Part shown: in pieces, positions 53,362-62,545 of the stretch
How the letters are laid out: every line of letters begins with the position of its first letter
Position numbering within the stretch: the first letter of the stretch is position 1
Assembly: GCA_016748015.1 (NCBI GenBank)
Contig: JAAOMT010000595.1
Span: 66,282 to 130,281 of the forward strand
Origin: Geosiphon pyriformis uo1
Lineage: Eukaryota > Fungi > Glomeromycota
DNA length: 64,000 bases
Reading direction: 5' to 3'
Translations under genes and position numbers: made by a program
Notes under the pieces: model-generated
Databases searched by the model: none
What the model was told of the DNA's origin: nothing
Seen by the model: only the letters and a program-made list of their open reading frames with translations

Positions 53362-56300
53362 GATAAAATTGACTAATTATGAAAAGAGAGAATAAAGAAA
53401 ATTATTTTTGGATATGGAGTTTTTATTTGTTTTTGGGTTTGGGTGTTTTGTAATTATTTACTATTTTTGTTTTTGTGTTTTTATTAGAGAATTATTGTAA
53501 AATTTAAGTGTTCAAGTTTGGTTGTTGTTCTATTATAATTATTGGTTCTAAATTTTGGGGAATATTTTCAGGATTAATTAAAGAGGAATGTGTACCAATT
53601 TGTGGAATTAATGGTTCAGGATTGTTTCTGGAATGATAGTGTTTCAATTTGTCTCCATGTGCAACTTTTGCTAATATTTTGTCATCAAGTCTTAACTTAT
53701 ATGATCCATTGCTTAGAATTTTGTGAATATAAAATGGTCCATCCCATTTGTTTTCAAATTTCCCACTCCATTGTTTTTCAGCCTTAGTTCTGTGTAAGAG
53801 AACTTTATTTCCAACTTTAAATTCATTGGTAATAGGTGGTAATTTGTTGTCATGTCTTTCTTTTTGTTGAGTTTGGGAATGTTCAATATGAGTTGCTGCT
53901 ATTCTTTTTTTTCCTTCCAGTGTACTAAGAAGAGTGTAGGCTCTTCTTTGGAGTGTCTCTTAAAAGTTTTCTTCATTGATTGGTTGTACTGGATATGTTT
54001 CCACTGTGAAATTAATTGGTAATGTTGCTGTCCTTTCATAAGTAAGATCAAATGGTGTGTGTTTCGTAGTATCTTGTTTTAGTGTTCTGTATGCTAGTAA
54101 CACTGATGGAATAAAGATATTCTATTTCTGCTCAAAGTCTGTTGAGACTTTGGCTAGAGATTCACACAATGTTCTGTTGAAACATTCTACAAGTCCATTT
54201 GTTTGAGAGTAATAAAGTGATGATAGAGGTCTTTTGACATTGAACTGTTCACAAATTTTTTGTATCAAGTTGTTCACAAAATGTGTTCCTTAATCAGATA
54301 AGAGTTCAATTGGGCATCTATGTTTACAGATAATGTCTTTATAGATGAAATTTGCTACTGATTTTGCATCTGCTCTTTAAATGGCTTTAGCTTTAGGCCA
54401 TTTGGTAAGATAATCTACTGCAACTGCAATATAGCAATTTTCTTGGGTTGTGATAAGTAATAATCCGATTAAATCAATTCCAACTCTGTCAAAAAGTTGT
54501 CCAACTTTGATTGGATTTAAAGGTTCTGTGGGGCGAGTTCCTTCTTTTCTTTGACAATTATCACAAGATTCTACATATTGTCAAATGTCTTTTTGCATGT
54601 GAGGCCAAAAATAATGTTCAAGGGTTTTTTGAATTGTTCTCTCTTTTCCCATGTGTGCTGAAGACGGATCTGTGTACATGTTGTATAAAATTGTTTCTTT
54701 TTCATTTTTTTGTACTAATCTGAGTGGCTGGTTTGGTTTTCTGTGATTTTTATAATAGATTTTGTTCTGGTGTATGAAATATTGTTTTGATTGGTGTTGT
54801 AAGCGGTGTTTTTTACTTGAAGACCAGTTTTCTGGCATGGTAAGAGTCTCCAAATAATTTTTAAGATTGCTGTAGTTTCTGGAATCCATTCTTGTTTGAT
54901 TGTTTTGTTGGTAAGTTGGTAAGTTGTGGTGGAATTGTTGTTGGTATTAATTTTGTCTCATTCTTGAAAGGCTATCAACATTGGTATGTAGTTTTCCTGA
55001 TTTGTGGTGTACAATATATCTGTAGTCTGCTAGGAAGTTATTTCATCGAGACTGTTTGGCATTTTGTTCAGTTTTCTTTTTATTGAGCCATTTGAGGCCA
55101 ATATTGTCCGTTATTATGGCAAATTCTTTTCCATTCTTCAGATATTTTTGAAAATGTTTAAGAGCCCAAATAACTGCAGCAGCTTCTAATTCAGTTGAGC
55201 CATATTTGAGTTCTGTTGGCTTGAGTGTTCTGCTAGCATAGGCAATAACTTGTTTTTGGCCATTTTCATCCAATTGTGATAAGATGGCACCAAATGCTAT
55301 GTGTAAGGCATCAGTGGCTAATTGGAATCGTTTGTTGAAGTCTGGATAAGCAAGAACTGGAGCTGTTGTCAATTTTGTTTTGAGAATTTTAAAAGCTTTT
55401 TGTTGTTCTTCAGTCCATTTGTATGGTACATTTTTGTTGGTAAGATAATTAAGTGGTTTGGCAATTTCTGAGAATCTTTTTATGAATTTTCGATAGTAAG
55501 AGGCTAATCCCACAAATCCTCTTAGTTCTGTAGTATTTCTGGAGGTTTGAAAGTTTTTGACAGCACTAATTGTTCCTGGATTTGGTTTGATTCTATCTTT
55601 ACTAACTATGTGTCCAAGAAAGATCAAACTTGTTTTTCCAAAGTGACATTTCTTAATATTTAACTTTAATCCTGCTTTCTGTAATCATTGAAAAACTTCT
55701 CGCAGGTGAATGAGATAGGCTTCAAAGCTTGGTGAGTATACATTAGTATCATCAAGATAAACAACTACTAATTGCCACAAGAGCCCTTCATAGACAACAT
55801 CCATGAGTCGCTGAAATGTTGCTGCTGCATTGCAGAGTCCAAAAGTCATAACATTAAACTCATAATTTTCTCCTTGAGTGGTAAATGCTGTTTTGAGTCT
55901 ATCTTTTGGGTCCATTTTGACTTGTCAATATCCACTTTCCAGGTCTAAAGTTGAAAAGAACTTGGCTTTTTCTAGAGCATCTAGCATGTCATCAATTCTT
56001 GGAAAAGGGTAGGCATCTCCAATTGTAACACTATTCAGTTGTCTATAATCAACACAGAATTTGATTTTTCCGTTTTTCTTTTTAACTAAAACTACTGGTG
56101 AGGCCCAAGGACTTCTTGATGGTTGAATCAATCTATTATTGAGCATTTTTTGGATCTCTTCTCTGATAAATTGGTGGCTGGCAGGTGACACTTGATAAGT
56201 TTGTTGATGTTTTGGTAAAGCATTTCCTGTATGGATCTGATGTTGAACAATGTCTGTTTTTCCCAAGTCATTGTTGTCTTTTGCAAATATATCTGCAAAT

Positions 56301-56496
56301 TCAGCTATCAATTGTTTCAATTGTTTTTGTTGTTGAGATTCTAAGGAACCCATATTGATTCAAGAGAGTTTTTTTTCCAACAAGTAGTAGTTTTCAGTAG
56401 TGGGAATGATATTTGGATTTGGGAGTAGAGTGTGCTTTACAATTTCGATAAAATTAGAGACAATTTGAGGGTTTTTATCTTGAAAGATATTGCTGT

Positions 56497-56516
56497 NNNN
56501 NNNNNNNNNNNNNNNN
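56497..56516. other. Assembly gap (20 N) with duplicated flanks
   Basis: 56251-56496 is identical to 56517-56762. Confidence 0.95.
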
Positions 56517-57059
56517 TGTCTGTTTTTCCCAAGTCATTGTTGTCTTTTGCAAATATATCTGCAAATTCAGCTATCAATTGTTTCAATTGTTTTTGTTGTT
56601 GAGATTCTAAGGAACCCATATTGATTCAAGAGAGTTTTTTTTCCAACAAGTAGTAGTTTTCAGTAGTGGGAATGATATTTGGATTTGGGAGTAGAGTGTG
56701 CTTTACAATTTCGATAAAATTAGAGACAATTTGAGGGTTTTTATCTTGAAAGATATTGCTGTGTATGATTCCAATTTCTAATTTGTTTAATAAAACAATA
56801 GGGTAATTATTGGAGTTGTAGAATATAACTCGAAATTTTTTCATTCCTTTGGGAATATAAACATTTGGAATTGATATTTCATGCTTCAAACAGATTTGTT
56901 TATTGGATTCAAAGATTTGTTGTGTAGTGGTGGGTTTTGAGCAAGTGTAAATTTCATGATGTTCTCCAAAAGATGAAATGGTAATTGGCTGAGGAAGTTG
57001 AAAAATCTGGTGAGATTTATTTTGTGTATTAAGAACTATGTTTACTGGGACTGTAAATC

Positions 57060-57450
57060 GTCCAGTTGAACCAAAACCTTGAATTCCTTTTTCACTTTTT
57101 CCCAATTGTTCTCTGTTGTTTATTGATTGTAAACTCGAAATGTTGATTAAGGGTAAGTAAATTGCTTGAGCAATTTTTTCAGCATGTTCAATTTTGAATG
57201 GTTTGTTTGTTTCATTCTGTAACATGATGGTAATGTCTCCAGTGTATCCTGCATCTATAACTCCTCTTCTAATATTGATTCCTTTGCTTGCCAATGATAA
57301 TTTGGAGACAATTTGAACCATTGCTCCTGGTGGAATTTCAAGAGCAATTTTTAGATTGATTTTTGTCAAAGACTTTGGTTGGATAATCAAAGTATCTTTT
57401 CCTGGATATCTTAGGTCATATTCAGCATCAATTTTGTGTGCTTTTTCTGG
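57060..57450 (-). pseudogene. dUTPase domain within A1 pol
   Basis: HKIDAEYDL, GVIDAGYTGDI, EKIAQAI, KGIQGFGSTG. Confidence 0.92.
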
Positions 57451-60400
57451 TCTGATTCCTTGGCCATGGTTGTCAAAATATTTAAGTTGTAGAGGTGGTT
57501 GCTTTTCAAGAAGATAGATGGAAGTGGTTGGTAGTTCTTCTACTAGTTCAGATACTCCAAATTCGATTTTATTTTCATCATTCTCATCTGGCAGAGGAAT
57601 GCTAAGAGCATAACATTCTAAACACTATTGGTCATCATAAGGCATAACACATTTTTCACACAATTGAATGTTCATTTGCTTTAATTGTTGAATTTGAGCT
57701 TCTTTGGTTGGATATGTGTGGCTTGCAATTTGGTGGTAGGTTTCTACTTCATCTTCATAATCAAATCCAGCTAATTCCATGGTATACTCATTATATTCAG
57801 CTTCTTTCATTTGGCAGACATCTTCTTGGGTGGCTCCATTGATCAATGCCATTGCTAGGTCAAAAATCATTTCAGCATCATGAAGATAGTGGTAAAGTTT
57901 ATTGAGAGCACTGTTGTATGCTGCATCAAATGGTGTTCCTCTTCTGACTTTTTTCGAAATTGATAGAGCATATTAACAGGTTTGATCACATACTTCTCCT
58001 CTCATTGCTACATCAATCCAATTGTATTCTTCTGGTAGCATTTTTTCACATGTAAGACAAGGTGTGTTGTCCCATTTTCCACTTCTTTTTGAAGATCCAA
58101 ATCGTTCTCTATGGCATGCTTTGCAAAAGTAACAGGTACAAGTTTCATATTCCTCTTCTGGAGAAATACATGCTCCTATTGATGAAAGTTTTTTGTTGTA
58201 ATTTTTGTATTTGAGTGGAATATAGGGTGGTTGTTTCTGTGGTTCTGGTGTAGAATATCTAACTTTCTTCCATCTCCTTGATTCTTCAAAAATCTCTTGT
58301 TCGGTTTCTTCAGCCCAATTGGATGTTGATTCAAGAGCCATGTAGGTTTCAGTAAGTGGCATTTCTTTCTCCTCTTCAAATTCAAATACTGGAGCTTTTT
58401 CTGATTGTTTGTTAAAGATACTACAAGTTGCAGGTACTATGGTATATTGTCCTTGGTATAAGATTTTAAGTTTTTGAGTTTCCCAGTTCAGGTTTGCATT
58501 GGCCTTGAGAAGCCAATCATTTTCGACTAGAGCTTGGTATTAAGGTGCATCCATAACAAGAACTTTAACTGGAATGGTGATTTCATCAATTGAAAAAGGG
58601 AAATCATCAATTTTTTCTACTGGAGTCTTCTTCATACTATCAGCTGTGACAATAACTGTTTGAGCTGGTCTGTCTATGTTTTGTTTGAGTTGTTGCATCA
58701 GCTGGTAAGTAATGATACTTTCAGCTGATCCACTATCTAAGATTAAGCGAATGGGTTTTCCTTCCACTATAGCTTCTGTATACATAGCAGTAATTGCTTT
58801 CTGTTCATTGACTGCTGCATTACTAAGCAGAAATGGTGATTCATTTGCTTTAAATTCAAATGGAAATATATCTGACAGATTAACATTTTGGGCAATTTGA
58901 GCTGGTGGAATGGTGTGGTTGGAAGGGTTTGATTTTAGCGCTGCAACTTCATCTTCAGAAAGTGCAGTTTGTTGAAAATCTGATTCCTCGGGTATTGTAA
59001 GATAACTGGGTTGAGTGTAATAGTGATTGGATCTTTGCTGACCCAAATTTCGGAGAACCAACTGGTTATTTGAATTGATTCTGTTGTGGTTATTCTGCAA
59101 TTGATTTTGGGGTGTGAATTGGTTATGTTGAACCAATCTTCTTGCTGGTACTTGATATTGTTTAGTGAGTGGTGTCTGATATGGCTGAATTGGTAAAGGT
59201 TGCTGATATTGTTGCTGCATTAATTGTGGAGCTGGTGGATAGTAGTTTTGATTTTGTGGTCTTGGTGAATAATAGATTGGTGGTGGAGATTGATAATAGA
59301 ATTGTTGTGGTGAAGAGTAACGTTAATTACTCCTGTTTTGTTGGTCTCTTTGTAATTTCCTACAATCTTGTTTCCAGTGTCCTGGAATTTCACAATAATG
59401 ACAATTTTGAGATTGGTTGTTGGATGGTAATCCAAAATTGTTTTGGTTGCGTTATTGTGGTGGTTGATATCTTTGTAGTTGTTGCTGTTGTTGTTGTTGG
59501 TTTGTAAAATAGCTTTCAACTTTTTTTGTAAGTTGATCTATCTTTTCTTCAGCTGCTGAGCTGGTTTCTCCAATTGCAAGATTTACAAGCTTGGTGTGAT
59601 TTGCTTTTTCCATTGCCATTTCATAGCTCTTTGCATGTCTAATAGCAGTTGCTAAGTCTGCTGGAACATGTGGACAGACTTTTTTAATCAGTTTGTCTTT
59701 TAACTCTGCTATAAACTGATCCAGAATTTGAGCATCAGAATAGTAGTCATTGGTTTCCAATTGTCGGATTTGTCTGAGAAGTTTGTTAAATCTTCCAAGA
59801 TAGGTTATAACAGATTCAGGTGTTTCTTGTTTGATATTGCGAAAGCAGTTTTTGAGAGTGATAGAGGTATTGTTGTCGGTGAATTGTTGTAAAAAAGCAT
59901 CTTTGAATGCTTGCCAGTTTTCAAATGGTTTTTCTAAATTTTCAAACCATTCTCCTGCTGTTCCTTGGAGAAAGTAGGGAATTGCTTTGAGCATTCTTGC
60001 TGCAATCCAACCATTTGCATCTTCTGCTTTTTGAACCTTGTTAAGCCATTCTTGAGGACTGGTATCATTGTCTTCACCAGTGAATTCTGGGATTTTTGCA
60101 ATGTAAGCAGTTGTTATTTCTTCTTCATTTTCTGTAATTTCTTCTGGTTCTAATTCAGTTTCTTCACTTTCTAAGCTTTCTGAGTGATTACTTTCGTTTT
60201 TCTGTAAGTAATTAATGATATTGGCACTTGTTGATATTGGTTCCTGCTGTTGAGTAGGATTTCTAGGTGACTGAAAATTTTTTGGTCTGGAGAAATGGCT
60301 AAGTGGTAAACTTGGTGTTTGTGGTTGAACAAGTAAAATTGGAAATGATGTAATAGAAAGTGGTAATTTGACACTGGTTCCTTGTTCAGGTGTTTGCAAG

Positions 60401-60859
60401 TGTTTGGCAGTTGTCTTTTGTAGTGTTGGAGTGTTTGGAGTGGTTTTTGAGTATTGCTTCAATCTTTGTTTGCCTTTGTTGCTTGTTTTTGTCTCTGATT
60501 CAAAGTCAAAAGAGTATTTAGACTGTACTGGATATTTTTTTTCACAATACTCAATAATGTTAAAATTAAATTTTTGAAAGTAGGTAGCAAGTGTTTCACT
60601 GTTCAGGTCTTCTGTTCCCAATTGTGAATAGTGCACTAAATTATTGTAGAGGTTGCTTTTAATTTTTGAAATGTTGTAGTTTCCAAAAAGATAATTGTTA
60701 ATGTGGTTTCCAATGTATTAGTATACTGATTTCTTTACAACTTCAATTCCGTCTGGAATGTTGAATCTTTGCTTGCAGTGGGTGTAAATTGACTGGTAAT
60801 ACTCTAGAGTTACTGTGTCTGGTGTGGTCGCCACTTTGAATTTGTTGTTGCTGTGTTAT

Positions 60860-60877
60860 TTCCGTGGGAGAGCACCA
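60860..60877 (-). promoter_or_regulatory. Primer binding site of A1 (18 nt)
   Basis: TGGTGCTCTCCCACGGAA, the complement of a tRNA 3' end UUCCGUGGGAGAGCACCA. Isoacceptor not determined. Confidence 0.8.
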
Positions 60878-60879
60878 AA

Positions 60880-61891
60880 TGTTACTAGAGGTTTTTGGTC
60901 TCTTTTTTTGAATGTTGTTAATGTCTGTTTGTTGTGAATTCACGTTTTCTAGAAGTAGTTAAACCTCCAATAACTGAATTTATCTTCAAATTATCTCCTA
61001 TAATTTAAACTGCTGGGCTTATAAGTGGAATGGCCAATTCTGTGCCAGTTACTTTATGTAGTTACATTGTAGTAAATGTCAACTCTTTCTCAAGAATTGC
61101 TCGTCTGGAAGCTCACTAAAATGTATAGTTACTTTGCTGTGAAAGTCAACTCTTCTACAGGAATTTTGTCTGTAAGCTACCCTAATAATTGTAATAAGAA
61201 AAGAAAAGAAAAATAAAAGAAATGTAAAAAAAATAGAAATTTTATCAAGGAAAACGTTTTCTATCCAGGCCTGGAGTCACTAACAGTTTACTGAAATTGG
61301 TAGCTAATTAATTTCAAAATGTTAGTTGGGTTTTGGGAATTTTCCAAGTGCAATAATTAAAGAATTTGGTTTTTCAAATTATTTAATATTTATTTTTTTT
61401 TGTGTGTGTAGGAATGGTTCTAAGTGATAAATCTAAAGTAAGATACATTTTTCAGAAGAGAAAAGCTCTTCTTTTATACAACTTGTTGTAGTACTAGTCT
61501 ATGAACTTGCACTTTTTCTCTTTGCTCAAATTTTGGCGAACTAAAGATACATTTTGATAAACTACAAGTTATTTCGCTGAACTATTGATTAATTTGGGTG
61601 AACTATTCATAATTTCGGTGAATTTCTGTAAATTTTGGCGAATTTCTTATAAATTTCAGTGAATTTCTGTAAATTTTGGCGAATTTTTGAATGTTACAAA
61701 GTTCAGGATATTGTGTAATTTGATCATCCTACTTTCTGTTATACTAATTAGATTATTTTAATTGAATCGTGATATGCGATAATTGATTAAATAATAAATG
61801 ATAATTTGAAATAATATTAATATACTAATAAATTATAGGAATTATAAGGGTAATTTCATGCTAATTAATAGCTAAAATTCTACTGGTAACA
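60880..61891 (-). repeat. 5' LTR of A1
   Basis: TGTTACT...GGTAACA; 41 bp longer than the 3' LTR. Confidence 0.94.
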
Positions 61892-62329
61892 ACATGTAAA
61901 AAACGTGTGAACTACATCTAATTTAAGACCCTATGTAGTCATATTGTATTAGATAGTGATTGGGCCTTGCTCATTAAACTCTAATAAAAAAAAAAAAATA
62001 AAGCAAAAAATAAAAAAATTTTATTTTTTTATTTTTTAAAGTATTTAATAAAAAGTACTAATTTGGTATTCAGATTTTTATATAATTACTAAACATATAA
62101 ATAAAACTACAATTAGTTTGTATTTTTATTTTATAAAATTCTGTATTATTGTTTATCTGTTACTATTTATAAATACTTAATTAATAAGAAGTATTTTAGT
62201 ATTTTGTGTCTGCATTATAAAAAAAAAAAATTTTAATATTCATAAAAAATTGTTAAAATTATATACAGCTTTGTAAAAATCTATATTAGATTTTAATTGG
62301 TTTTTATTATGTGTTTTAAATATAAGACA

Positions 62330-62545
62330 ATATTACTAGTAAAAAAACATATTTTTAAGAATTTTTTTAACAACAATAATACTTTTTTTCAACAACATAT
62401 ATAATTATATATATTATTATTAATTATAGTATATACATAATTATATGGATTATTTTAATATTTAAGAGAGTAAAAAAGTATTAAACAAATTATTAAAATA
62501 AAAAAAATTGTTATTACTATTTATTTTTAAACAAAAAGCAAATTA
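62330..62545. repeat. Eroded interspersed repeat, also present at about 36025-36240
   Basis: Shared TTTTTCAACAA...ATATACATAA.TATAT.GA.TATTTTAATATTTAA.A.AGTAAAAAA...ATTGTTATTA.T.TTT.TTTTT.AACAAAA. Confidence 0.6.

Larger units (their letters stand above)
53504..60834 (-). pseudogene. Single-frame gag-pol polyprotein of A1 (about 2355 codons after removing the gap duplication)
   Basis: All track fragments share one frame. Motifs IPEFTGE (gag), LDSGS (PR), GVIDAGYTG/GFGSTG (dUTPase), YLDD (RT), TDA..ELE (RH), integrase core and GPF. No chromodomain. Confidence 0.9.
51703..61891 (-). mobile_element. Full-length Ty3/Gypsy LTR retrotransposon, family A copy A1 (best preserved)
   Basis: LTRs at 51703-52673 and 60880-61891. 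TSD ACAT (51699-51702 / 61892-61895). PBS 60860-60877; PPT GAGGAGGAAA. Complete domain set. Confidence 0.96.
40517..62000 (+). mobile_element. ORF1-only non-autonomous retroposon (half-LINE/HAL1-like) in three pieces: 40517-41854, 50884-51702, 61896-62000
   Basis: ORF1-like protein continues across the B1 insertion (GQTCFIP...|...FALVTFGS...CFRCQEVNHLVVNC). It stops at TAG 51666-51668, immediately followed by the LINE 3' UTR motif, which resumes after A1 and ends in poly(A). Confidence 0.8.

Noticed and set aside
53504-53830. Possible chromodomain at the integrase C-terminus
   Set aside because: Only the GPY/F SH3-like region and a short P/I-rich tail are present; no chromodomain aromatic-cage pattern
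56251-56762. Apparent 246-bp tandem duplication in A1 pol
   Set aside because: The two copies are 100% identical and separated by a 20-N gap, and the duplication is absent from A2. This is an unmerged contig overlap.
61531-61683. Repeat-spacer pattern resembling a CRISPR array
   Set aside because: Repeats are only 10 bp and spacers 10-11 bp, it lies inside a eukaryotic LTR, and there are no cas genes
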